A stretch of DNA of 64,000 nt. Origin: a virus. The notes under the pieces were generated by a model, which saw nothing but the letters and a program-made list of their open reading frames with translations, made no database searches and was not told the DNA's origin. Position 1 is the first letter of the stretch. Each line of letters starts with the position of its first letter. The translations under genes and the position numbers were made by a program. This document shows, one piece after another, positions 29,401 through 38,154 of the stretch. The stretch covers positions 52,145-116,144 of the IMG/VR virus record IMGVR_UViG_3300042868_009121. One strand, written 5' to 3'.

Positions 29401-30962
29401 GTTCTAATAGCGGGAAGTATATAATCTTTAACTAAATCAAAACCTGCAGGCGTTTTTAAAACAACATCTACAAATTCAAATGTAATATATTTTTCAAGTT
29501 CTCCTATAGTTCCATTATCTTCTTTTCCTTTTGTTTTATAAGTAAATTTAAATTGTCTAGCATTTTTATCTCTTACAGATCCTATTGCATAAACTTTAGT
29601 TCCATTTGCAGTTTGTTCTAATACTAGATTAGATAAAAATTTTCCTATTTTATCATTATCAAAAAGAGTTAAATTACTTCTAACTGTATCTAATTGATCA
29701 ATATCAATAAGTCCATTATAAGATGAATTACTATCATATTTAATTACTTGACCAATTCTTGTTATGTATATATATCTTTCATCATTTTTAGTTCTTACAA
29801 TTGTATCAGGTTTAGGAAATTGTCCAGTAAATTCTTGAAATCTCTGTCTTTGATATGTAGTTTTATTTCCTTCTGTTACAGTTGCAGTAATAGTCGTTAT
29901 TTCTTCTGGTGCCGATGGTTTTATCTTTAATACCGTGCCTTTAATTTCTCCTGCTGCAGATAGATCTCTTAATGTTTGTTCTATTGTTTTTAATTTTCTA
30001 TCTTGTACTGGCTCACTTCCTGTGGGAGGTTGGCTAGCAGCTATTTCTCTAGCTAATTTGGCTTGCTCAATTTCAATTAAAGTTTTATTTAATCTCAATA
30101 TTTCTTCTTCTAATAAAGAAGGGAGCGCTCCTGAATTATTTATTTTTATTGAGTCACCTAAATATCCTAATCCTAATAATTTTATAGTGCAATCAAAACC
30201 TCCGTCTTGGTTATAAGAAAAATTAAAATTAGTAACCATTCCTAACATAGCATCGTAGTTACCTTCTGAGTCTCTTGAGTTTTGTGATATCTTTATATTA
30301 ATATCTTCTTTAGTAAGACCTTGTTGAAATGGATCTATACTATACAACTCAGTAGACATTATTTTGTCAGGAGTTTTATTTTTTGTGCTACCAGGATTAG
30401 GATAAAAATATGTATGCCCCCATTCAAGAAACATAGTAAATCCTAATTTAAAATAAAGAGCATCTATAATATCTAATTGATCTTTATCCCAGCATTTAAA
30501 ATTAATTGTAGCTGCTCTTACTGATCCAAGCCTACCTTGAGTATCAATAGTAACACTAGTAATACCTGGCATTGGTCTATAGCCAAAGTCTTGTATTTCT
30601 TTATTTCCTAACATTCCATAAGCTCCGTCTTTACCTAAACCTGATCTTAATTGATATGAATTTTTATCAAGATATTTAGAAGTACCTCCAAATAAAATAA
30701 AATTTTTTGCAAGACTAGTTGAATCTTTTATATATTCATCTCCTACTAATCTTTTAAAATAATTAAGATCTTCTTGTGATTGCACATCTATTGAAGATAC
30801 TAATCTAATCCAAGCTGTTTTGTTTGCTATAAATAAAACATTATCCGTATCTCTAGAGTCTGAAGCATTTTTCCTAGATCTAGTTTCTAATTGTTTTAAT
30901 ACCCAACTAGGTATCTGAGCCCCTATTATATTTGATATTTTGTTGTCTAATCCTTGTGCCAT
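26457..30962 (-). CDS. Baseplate hub-like tail protein with C-terminal lysozyme-like (GH108-type) domain
   Basis: Position after TMP and LysM-like genes; RPMPGI N-terminal motif; C-terminal EGGY...GETMFGI. Confidence 0.65.
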   Translation of the reverse strand: MAQGLDNKISNIIGAQIPSWVLKQLETRSRKNASDSRDTDNVLFIANKTAWIRLVSSIDVQSQEDLNYFKRLVGDEYIKDSTSLAKNFILFGGTSKYLDKNSYQLRSGLGKDGAYGMLGNKEIQDFGYRPMPGITSVTIDTQGRLGSVRAATINFKCWDKDQLDIIDALYFKLGFTMFLEWGHTYFYPNPGSTKNKTPDKIMSTELYSIDPFQQGLTKEDINIKISQNSRDSEGNYDAMLGMVTNFNFSYNQDGGFDCTIKLLGLGYLGDSIKINNSGALPSLLEEEILRLNKTLIEIEQAKLAREIAASQPPTGSEPVQDRKLKTIEQTLRDLSAAGEIKGTVLKIKPSAPEEITTITATVTEGNKTTYQRQRFQEFTGQFPKPDTIVRTKNDERYIYITRIGQVIKYDSNSSYNGLIDIDQLDTVRSNLTLFDNDKIGKFLSNLVLEQTANGTKVYAIGSVRDKNARQFKFTYKTKGKEDNGTIGELEKYITFEFVDVVLKTPAGFDLVKDYILPAIRTALSKELKISVYEGQNDGLRVDFRGEYEITGYRTEVKDNQNEVESALSGGDVPASTPQTNKIAKVVKGTFKISTNDTAIIKDISTTEQNNLVEREEYLKKLNLQNQVQTPTQTPTPSPGAQSQIPKPDINAIATQIKQSLNYQSSLEIILRTIQVHALNKAINKTGAPDLDIGKTTHVLDLWDPKDKVSVIDVNNTKSKKPFLNQIFSSGIFSTFINELVNSEEIKDSEYTQVGVMDPITRFKINAKYGFATSLMGNKAFLSDLEPVNFKELLKAYVVPYQINQEIIKGTVANHPVYITLGQLLMILNHACTIYDTKKDSQFQTPLIYIDFNPELNFCLTNNKHLSTDPWTCLIPFEGSFQDFKALFDRDILSDNGASINLKEPVTLFNPETQDLLSGKLPKLKFDEQPISGESTKEIGNVYRGKLMNILLNIDYLVQLVQQYSHKDGSNAVYLKTFLEQVLTDVNKSLGNFNAFRLSYNDQANTYQIIDDQILPTLGNEDQLTALPENKDNTTELPLLGKYSIAKSIEIKSEISSKLSNMLAISANSTIPNKATLSTNGDSFGFINTNFIDRYITDKLEPTGSNLDKKNNEAIKNSAAQFNSTISDFYSKINPSQTTVAHATNYYIEKMTTLKNDDYATRASFMIPVSVNLTTDGISGFNMGQAFSIPDKLLPYTYTTRKTEGFSKDRVRNVGFVAVGLTHKIENNQWDTSIRANMIFLKNKGEFSGSVQKIEAKSGQFGINASNISIGSGTIGGTFIDSGLTAGVITVGPVTKTVNSFEEVTKQVIANLEGGYYNPIMFTDGRLDEKYRSRMGKSGETMFGIDRVAGGRINTTPAGIAFWKLIDDANAARTWKHNFIPQDPLKTQILNAAVQVMKPHFEGLFNSYVPNKELQDLIKTDGRLYFNFIYASWNGSGYFERFSNQITNAFNQGQRNTDELLKLFINLRLNTRIIYPNTDQNSFELIRDGGIKIAKLVGVQIV

Positions 30963-30964
30963 AA

Positions 30965-31270
30965 CTATTTTAAAATATTTATTTGTTTATATTGATTAAT
31001 AACACTAGCTAAATCTGATGGAATTCTTAATTGAGTTCCGGGTTCTAAATATAAAGAATCTCCAGGCAAAGAATTTGCAGATGCTATTACCCACCAAAAA
31101 CTAGTATCTCCATAAAAATCAAAAGATAATAGATCTAGTCTATCTCCTAATACTGTTATTACATAACTATCATCATTAGATAGAGGTATATCTGGATAAA
31201 TATTATTTGAATAATATCTTTCTCCTGTATTATCTTTTGTTATTTCTATATTTTGATATCTGTAGTTCAT
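30965..31270 (-). CDS. LysM/tail-X-like baseplate wedge protein
   Basis: GDRLDLLS..FYGD..WWVIA.AN, G.QLRIP. Confidence 0.8.
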   Translation of the reverse strand: MNYRYQNIEITKDNTGERYYSNNIYPDIPLSNDDSYVITVLGDRLDLLSFDFYGDTSFWWVIASANSLPGDSLYLEPGTQLRIPSDLASVINQYKQINILK

Positions 31271-31271
31271 T

Positions 31272-33167
31272 TTAACCTAATGATGATGGTGTATTTGGTG
31301 ATTGAAATTGTCTAGTTAAATCACTACCTTGTTTTGTTGACTTTAATAATATATTTTTTTTATCTTCAAGTATTTTTTGAAATGGAGTTTTAAATTCTTG
31401 TTTAGGTATTGATTCTAATAAATTATAACTATTTGATCTAAGAACAGTTCTTTGAGATACAGTTTGAGATAGTGTTGTTCCAGGATTAATAAAGCTAGCT
31501 TGACTTTCAGGAGGACCAAATTTTATATTAGCTATTAAAGCAGGAATATTTGTTGAAATAGTTGTTTCATCTGTATAAACTTCTGCTCCTAAAGCATCAG
31601 AAGATAAAGTATTTCTAGTAGATCTAGTAACAGAATCAATACTAGCTCTTTTAGGAAGTATATCCATAATAGGTTTAAATGATATAGATATATCTAAAAC
31701 TTGCGGTAATTGAGCTACATCTCCTAATTGACTTTTCTCTAAATTAATTTCCCAAGGATAGTTATTATCAACAGTAACATTTACACTTTCTAAAAATCCT
31801 GGTACTCTGTAAAGATAATCTCCTATTGTAATTCTAACTACAGGAGCTCTCATAATTCCAGTTTGCGCACTATAATCTGGATATACTTGACTAATTAAGG
31901 AATTTACTTTATTATACAAAGGTTTTAATTCACTTTTAGAACCTGCTGCAACTCTAAATGCAAAACTTATAGTTCTATCAAAACCTTGATAAGTATAAAA
32001 GTTTTCACCTCTACCTATATATTTAAAACCATTTAATGCGGCTGAGTTATTATCAGTTAGTCCAGCAGTTAAAAAAGCTCTAAAAAATAAAGCTGTTGAA
32101 AGAGATGTATTATCGTTAGATATTGCTTCAAAAACAAATTTAATTAAATCGTCTGTTTCTTTTCCACCTGTTTCCCAAGGAGCTTGATTATTATTAAAAA
32201 TACGTGGTCCTAAAAGGTTCATCCTATCTTGATATAAACCAGGAGATACGTAAAATCTATCATGTATTTGATTATTTCCCCAAGGAGTATAGTTTACAAA
32301 AAGAGGAAGTTGATCTCTAAAATCTTGTATTCTAGGTTTTGCATTTTCAAAATTAGAATTTTGAGTTCTAAGTTGATCATAAGTCATAGCACTAAATGAT
32401 AATAACTTAGTAGTATCAACAACTCTCTTTACAGTAGTTACACCTATACCATAAGTAGATCCAGGACCTCCCCAATATTGAAATATAAAATTTTTATTTA
32501 GTGATATTCCTAAAGTATTTACTGTGTTTATATTTCCTACTTCATTTGCATTTGCTATTTGTTCTAAATTACTACTCATTTTAAGATTATTTAAAATAAG
32601 TAGCCTATTATTTACAGATTGGTTATCTACATTTTGAGAATTAACTATATCATAGTAATGTTTTTGAAAAGGATTAAAAGGCATTAAACCGTGTCTAATA
32701 GCATGCGCTCCTGTTCCAGAAGCTCCTACTTGTGCTAATGTATTTAATCCTTTATTATAAACTCTAGTATTTTCTAAAAGTCCAGGAAGTGTTGCTGATT
32801 GGCCAAAACCATATAAGGTATTTCCTGTTTCTATTTTAGGATTAGATAATTGTAGACCGATTTGTTTTTCTATAAAAGCTTTACCTCTAGGAGCATCTTC
32901 AAAAAATTTTCTAATTCTTGTTTTATCTATTTGAGTAGATAAAGTAAAAGTCTGTGTTCCTATATTAAATTTAATATCTCCACCACGAATAGGAAAATCT
33001 AAATTGCCAGTAGATCCTGGTCTAAAAATAGGCTTAAATGTTCCTGTTGCATTAATTAAATCAGGAATAGCCGTTTGAATATAAGGTAGGCCTGAAGAAC
33101 CATATCCTGGTTGATCATTGCCAAACCTTAAGGTTTTTAGATTAGTTTTTAAATCTATTAGTGGCAT
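31272..33167 (-). CDS. Tail tube initiator/baseplate protein
   Basis: YIGRGENFYTYQGFDR.ISF, P.VRITIGD, PWE; follows TMP. Confidence 0.6.
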   Translation of the reverse strand: MPLIDLKTNLKTLRFGNDQPGYGSSGLPYIQTAIPDLINATGTFKPIFRPGSTGNLDFPIRGGDIKFNIGTQTFTLSTQIDKTRIRKFFEDAPRGKAFIEKQIGLQLSNPKIETGNTLYGFGQSATLPGLLENTRVYNKGLNTLAQVGASGTGAHAIRHGLMPFNPFQKHYYDIVNSQNVDNQSVNNRLLILNNLKMSSNLEQIANANEVGNINTVNTLGISLNKNFIFQYWGGPGSTYGIGVTTVKRVVDTTKLLSFSAMTYDQLRTQNSNFENAKPRIQDFRDQLPLFVNYTPWGNNQIHDRFYVSPGLYQDRMNLLGPRIFNNNQAPWETGGKETDDLIKFVFEAISNDNTSLSTALFFRAFLTAGLTDNNSAALNGFKYIGRGENFYTYQGFDRTISFAFRVAAGSKSELKPLYNKVNSLISQVYPDYSAQTGIMRAPVVRITIGDYLYRVPGFLESVNVTVDNNYPWEINLEKSQLGDVAQLPQVLDISISFKPIMDILPKRASIDSVTRSTRNTLSSDALGAEVYTDETTISTNIPALIANIKFGPPESQASFINPGTTLSQTVSQRTVLRSNSYNLLESIPKQEFKTPFQKILEDKKNILLKSTKQGSDLTRQFQSPNTPSSLG

Positions 33168-33179
33168 TTTATTAATTTA

Positions 33180-35939
33180 TTATTTAAGACGCATCATTTC
33201 ATATGTTTGCTCATCAACTTGTTTTTCTATAGTTTTTCCTGTTACAGGATCAATAAAAATAATATTATATACTTTTGTATTATTTTCTTTCCCTCCAGCC
33301 ATACTCATACTATTGTCTTCTTTTTTAGATGTTGTTTCTGATTTATATTTATCATTAGCAGCTGCGTCTTGTACTGTAGTTGCGCCATAATCTCCGGTTC
33401 CTTTAATTCTACTGGACATTTCTACTGATCCTTCCCTTACTTTAGCTGCTATTCTATAAGCTTCGGCTTCTCTTTGATCTCCTTTTTCTCCAAAAGTAAA
33501 AAAGTTTGCTATTTCTCCACCAACTTCAATAATATCAGCTAACATTTCTCCAGCGAATTCTACAAAAGTTGAAATTGTATCTCTTATAGTTCCTATAATA
33601 CCTCTAATAGTTTCTGGTTTAGAGAGTTTATCTACAAATGCTTCTACTTTTTCTATTATTCCACTACGTTCAATAAATTCTACAATAGATTGTTTTATTT
33701 TTTCTATAGTTAATGCAAGTTTTTCTTGTGCTGATGCTCTAACTAAATCATTATAAGCTGCTTCTCCACCTGCTTTATTTATAGCCTCTTGCTCTCTACC
33801 AGATTGCCTTAATAAATCTACTTGTTTTAATAAATCTTCTCTATTCTTAACACCAAATTTAGAATACAACTCTTGTTGTTTAAGCATATCTGCCATTTGG
33901 TCTCTAGACATTCCCATTGCTTCTGCTAAAGACTCCTGCTGTATTCTATTCATATTAGAATATCCTGCAGCATCGCCAGTATACTTTGCAATTTCTGCAG
34001 CAGCTCCTGCTAAATCATTATTTAAAAATAATTCTCTTGCTTTATTTAAATTAATATCTTTTCCTGTTAAAAGTTGGGCTTCAAATTCTTTTGATATAGA
34101 TGATTCAAAATCTAAGAATGAACTTGCCATTCCATCTAATTGCTTTAGTTCTAAACCTAAAGCTTTACTAGTAAGAAATGCTTTTGTTAATTTTTCAGGA
34201 TATTTTGCAAATTGAAGTCCTAAATATCCTCCAAGATTTGATACTTCTTTTAATACTTGTTGATATTGAAAGCTTACGCCTATAGCTCTTTGTAAACCTT
34301 TAACTTGACCAAGTACAGATTTAACAGTTCCTTCAGCACTTTTACCAGTTATTTGAGCAGATTCTGCAATTTTAGCTCTAGTATCTGCTTCTAAACCTGC
34401 AAACTCTTTTAATTTAATATTAGTTCTTAATATTTCCCCACTTAAAATATTTGTAATTCCAGTTTGTTGAGTTAATTCTAATTGAGACTGAAGTAATTTT
34501 TTACCGGTAGTATAGATATCACCTGCTGCTTGAGATGATGCAGCAAGACCTCTATATAAACCCCTTGCACCTTCTGCTGAAAGATTTAATTGTCTTCCAG
34601 TTTGAACAATCATATTATCTACACCAAGAACTAAATCTAATAAAGCAGAAAATCCATCTATTAAACCACCTACTAACCCACCTACTAAAGGTATTTTTCT
34701 TGCTAAATCTGAAATTCCTCCTGTAAGACCTCTTACTACATTTCCAGAATCCTCAGATAAACCAGCTAAAAAATCTCCTGTTTTAGCAGCTGCATTACCT
34801 ACCATATCAAAGCCTGCAGATACTCCTTTATAAGCAAGTCCTACGGCTCCTAAAGCTGCACCGTATTTAAATACAGGATCTGTTTTAAAATTATCTATTG
34901 CTCCTTTTCCTATAGCCTTTACACCAACTTTTGCTACACTTAATTTATCTTTAAAAGTGCCAGATTTTCTTCCCGATGCTAGTGCTTCTGCAGCTAATTC
35001 TTTTTGGCGCAAAACCATTTGAGCTTGAACTTCTTCAGAAACTTTAAATTTCTCTGCTAAACCTCCAACTAATTTTCCAAGAACTCCAGCATTTTTTTGT
35101 GATCTTTTTTCAAAATCTTCTTGAGATTTTAGTTTCTGGTTATTTGAATCGTATAAATCATTTGTTTTTTTAGCCTGGATATATGCTGCTTGTTCTAAGT
35201 TTAATCCTTGTTGTATAGTAGCAATCTCTTCTTCTTTTTTCTTTATAGTTTCAGAAGCTTGAGTTAAAATATTTTTTCCATTAATAAACTCTTGTTGATC
35301 TACTGAAAAAGAACCTTCTTGTAAAGTTATTTCATCTTTTAATTTAGATAATTTTTGTTTATTAAACTCTAAATCTTTTTGTGCATTTTTACCTTTTCTT
35401 TCAGATAAACTAGCAATATAATCTTCTAATTTTCTTTGATCTTCTAATTTTTTAAAATAGCTATCTACAGAATCTAATTCTTCTTTTTTTGTTGTCTTTA
35501 ATTTATTTTCTAAAGTAATAAATTTAGACCTTTCTTTAAGAAATGAATCTTCTAAAGTACTTCTTTCTTCTAAAGATTTTAAATATTGATCTGCTACTTT
35601 AACTTGTTCTGACTGGGCGCCGCCTAATTTTAATGCAAACTCAGTAAGCTTTCTTTTATTTACATTCTGCTCAATTAAATTTTTAGTTATTTCATGCTGA
35701 ACTTGTTTTATATTAATTGTTGTATTACTATATGATTCTAATTTAGCAGCGATGGTATCATGTTGCTTTATAGATTTCTGTAATTCTCTTACAGAGTCTC
35801 TTAAAATGTCTCTATAATCACCTTCTAATCGAAGTTGTTCTTTTAGACTATCTAAAAGTTCTTTGCCTGTAGATCTAAGTTGATTAGATCCTTGATTAGG
35901 CCCTTGTGCTCCTGGTGTGTTTTGATTCTCGTTAGACAT
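33180..35939 (-). CDS. Tape measure protein
   Basis: 919 aa, helical and Ala/Gly/Lys-rich; downstream of tube and chaperones. Confidence 0.8.
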   Translation of the reverse strand: MSNENQNTPGAQGPNQGSNQLRSTGKELLDSLKEQLRLEGDYRDILRDSVRELQKSIKQHDTIAAKLESYSNTTINIKQVQHEITKNLIEQNVNKRKLTEFALKLGGAQSEQVKVADQYLKSLEERSTLEDSFLKERSKFITLENKLKTTKKEELDSVDSYFKKLEDQRKLEDYIASLSERKGKNAQKDLEFNKQKLSKLKDEITLQEGSFSVDQQEFINGKNILTQASETIKKKEEEIATIQQGLNLEQAAYIQAKKTNDLYDSNNQKLKSQEDFEKRSQKNAGVLGKLVGGLAEKFKVSEEVQAQMVLRQKELAAEALASGRKSGTFKDKLSVAKVGVKAIGKGAIDNFKTDPVFKYGAALGAVGLAYKGVSAGFDMVGNAAAKTGDFLAGLSEDSGNVVRGLTGGISDLARKIPLVGGLVGGLIDGFSALLDLVLGVDNMIVQTGRQLNLSAEGARGLYRGLAASSQAAGDIYTTGKKLLQSQLELTQQTGITNILSGEILRTNIKLKEFAGLEADTRAKIAESAQITGKSAEGTVKSVLGQVKGLQRAIGVSFQYQQVLKEVSNLGGYLGLQFAKYPEKLTKAFLTSKALGLELKQLDGMASSFLDFESSISKEFEAQLLTGKDINLNKARELFLNNDLAGAAAEIAKYTGDAAGYSNMNRIQQESLAEAMGMSRDQMADMLKQQELYSKFGVKNREDLLKQVDLLRQSGREQEAINKAGGEAAYNDLVRASAQEKLALTIEKIKQSIVEFIERSGIIEKVEAFVDKLSKPETIRGIIGTIRDTISTFVEFAGEMLADIIEVGGEIANFFTFGEKGDQREAEAYRIAAKVREGSVEMSSRIKGTGDYGATTVQDAAANDKYKSETTSKKEDNSMSMAGGKENNTKVYNIIFIDPVTGKTIEKQVDEQTYEMMRLK

Positions 35940-35966
35940 TTATTAGTATTACCTACGAATAAATAT

Positions 35967-36224
35967 TTACTTTTTCTTTTTTACTTTGGAAACAAATGAA
36001 GGCTGTTCTAAGTTATTTTTTACAACATCCGGAATTTTAAATTTATTCATATCAGTTTTTTCGGTAACCTGCTGACGACTTTCGTCGCGCATCTGTTCAA
36101 TCTTTTCTAGATATTCAGATATCTTTTTAAGATTGAAACGCCTTTTAGGAATATCCATATTCCAAACTTCAGAATATGTAAATCCCCCACCACCGTGATA
36201 TGTAAGCTCAAAAACTTCTGTCAT
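35967..36224 (-). CDS. Tail assembly chaperone, downstream (T-like) part; probably reached by frameshift
   Basis: HGGGGFTYSEVWNM; its frame is open back to the TTTTTTC run of the upstream gene. Confidence 0.7.
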   Translation of the reverse strand: MTEVFELTYHGGGGFTYSEVWNMDIPKRRFNLKKISEYLEKIEQMRDESRQQVTEKTDMNKFKIPDVVKNNLEQPSFVSKVKKKK

Positions 36225-36234
36225 GAATGCGGAC

Positions 36235-37002
36235 CTATAGTCCGCTCCCGGGAAAAAAGAAGTCTATTGTCATTGGTAAGTCTAAATCGACTTCACTACC
36301 ATCGGACAATACGACTGTAGTATTCATTAGTATATCTGGTGTAACAGAAGCTATATATTTACGGAGTTCAATAGAATCCATAGAAAGCAAATATCCTTGA
36401 TCAATAAAGTCTCTAACTGTTTTAACTGAATAATCTCCATTAATAGCAATAATCTGGTGTTTAAGCCTTGTTGAAACTGCTCCGGCTTCTAAACCTAAAT
36501 TCTTTTTTACACCTTTAATTTCTTCATCAATTTTTTTATCATCTGATACAGTTAATACTTTGAATGTAACTGTATTTCCTGATTTTGGAAGTTTAAATTC
36601 AAATTCGTTTTTATTATTAAATAAAGACCAATCTAATTCTTTATACTTAAGATTTTGTAAATCTATAGTTAACTTCTCTTCTTCACCTGTATTAGGATTT
36701 TTATACATAAAAGAATAATCTTTTCCATATGCTAATATCCTAGCAGCGATCAGTAAGCCATTCCTGTCACCTAAGGTTAGGTCTTCATAATTAATTGGTG
36801 CTTTGATTAGGCTCTTAAGCATCTTCTCAATGGCGAGGCCCTGGCGCAGCAGGTTGACATTTGTAAGGATGTCTTCCTCTTTAGCCGTCATATACTTCAT
36901 TTCAATTTGACCAGATGATAGAGTATTTTCTTTAGGATAGATAAGACCTTTAGAAGGTAGGTCGATTAATTCTGTTGGTACTGTAAACTTTTGTTCAGAC
37001 AT
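36235..37002 (-). CDS. Tail assembly chaperone / gp26-like hub assembly protein
   Basis: LPSKG..Y, MTAKEEDIL, internal duplication LPKSG, terminal FFFP. Confidence 0.8.
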   Translation of the reverse strand: MSEQKFTVPTELIDLPSKGLIYPKENTLSSGQIEMKYMTAKEEDILTNVNLLRQGLAIEKMLKSLIKAPINYEDLTLGDRNGLLIAARILAYGKDYSFMYKNPNTGEEEKLTIDLQNLKYKELDWSLFNNKNEFEFKLPKSGNTVTFKVLTVSDDKKIDEEIKGVKKNLGLEAGAVSTRLKHQIIAINGDYSVKTVRDFIDQGYLLSMDSIELRKYIASVTPDILMNTTVVLSDGSEVDLDLPMTIDFFFPGSGL

Positions 37003-37048
37003 AAAACGTATTTATTTATAAATATAAGAATAATTAATTTTATAAAAT

Positions 37049-37073
37049 AAAAAAAGCCTCTAGTAATAGAGGC
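37049..37073 (-). terminator. Terminator after tail tube
   Basis: GCCTCTA-N4-TAGAGGC (37056-37073) with a U-run on the minus strand. Confidence 0.75.
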
Positions 37074-37097
37074 CTTTCTTTTAAATATATAATTATT

Positions 37098-37583
37098 CTA
37101 GTAGTTAAGTACACAATAATCCATTCCTATTGAAATAGTTAATTCAGTTGGATCAGATGTTGACCAGTCGTAGTTTCCAAAAGTAGCTTCTTTAATGAAA
37201 GCGCCTTTAACAATCCACTCACTCACAATATCACCTACTGGACCTAAGATAGACAAGTTAAGATCTTTCTTATAAAAGTCAGAATAACCATCACGACCAG
37301 TTACTGATTCATGGTGAAGACGTACCCATTCCATTACAGCTTGTTGTCCTGAAGGAGATACTGGGTTATAAAGTGCTAAGCTCATATCTCTCCATTCAGC
37401 TTTACCTTTTATCTTACGATAAACATTGATATGGTCGAGTTTGATCTCATTTAAAGTTACACCTGGGGCGTCTGCCTTCTTAATCATGTAAGAAGGAATA
37501 CCATCAATATACATCACAAATCTATTTGATACTGTAGGTTCAAACGCTGTGAACATTATTTCATTAGGATCCAATACTGGCAT
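37098..37583 (-). CDS. Tail tube protein (gp19-like)
   Basis: FEP..NRF, KGKAEW, TGRDGY..FYKKD, W..KGAF. Confidence 0.9.
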   Translation of the reverse strand: MPVLDPNEIMFTAFEPTVSNRFVMYIDGIPSYMIKKADAPGVTLNEIKLDHINVYRKIKGKAEWRDMSLALYNPVSPSGQQAVMEWVRLHHESVTGRDGYSDFYKKDLNLSILGPVGDIVSEWIVKGAFIKEATFGNYDWSTSDPTELTISIGMDYCVLNY

Positions 37584-37627
37584 TGTATGTTAAGTTTTAT
37601 TCTACTTATAAATATTCGACAACGAAT

Positions 37628-38137
37628 TTATTTATCTTCTGCGTCTTTTTTCTTCTCTTCAAAAAAACTAGTATCTGTAGATCCAGCACCTGTTTTTTGA
37701 TCAAGAGATTTTCTAGCTTCAGGATCTTGTTTAATTTTATCAGCAATCATTTTTGCAATACCAGTAATACCTCCAACACCCGCAAGAAATCCTGCGTTAT
37801 CTTTTGCAAAATCTACTATTTGACCAATAGCATCCATTATTTCAGGACTAACAGCTTCTTCTACGCTTGCTTTTTTATCAGAAGTTTCCATCTCTTGAAT
37901 TTTTTTATCAAGAGCATCTTTAGCTTTTTTTAATTCATCTAAAGATCTATCTTTTTTATCATGTTTCATTTCTTCTACTTTTTTCATTCCGTCTTTAGGA
38001 GCTTTCTTTTCTTTCACAACTGTCCAGTCACCATAGGTTTTACCACCTTTTTTGGCTTCAGTCAATGTTAATTGCTTCTTTACACTCTCGTATAAGTGAG
38101 CAGGTACTTTAATTCTTAAAATTGTATTATCGTTCAT
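37628..38137 (-). CDS. Hypothetical Lys/Glu-rich protein
   Basis: Between sheath and tube genes. Confidence 0.65.
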   Translation of the reverse strand: MNDNTILRIKVPAHLYESVKKQLTLTEAKKGGKTYGDWTVVKEKKAPKDGMKKVEEMKHDKKDRSLDELKKAKDALDKKIQEMETSDKKASVEEAVSPEIMDAIGQIVDFAKDNAGFLAGVGGITGIAKMIADKIKQDPEARKSLDQKTGAGSTDTSFFEEKKKDAEDK

Positions 38138-38154
38138 CTTAAGGTTGTTTTATT

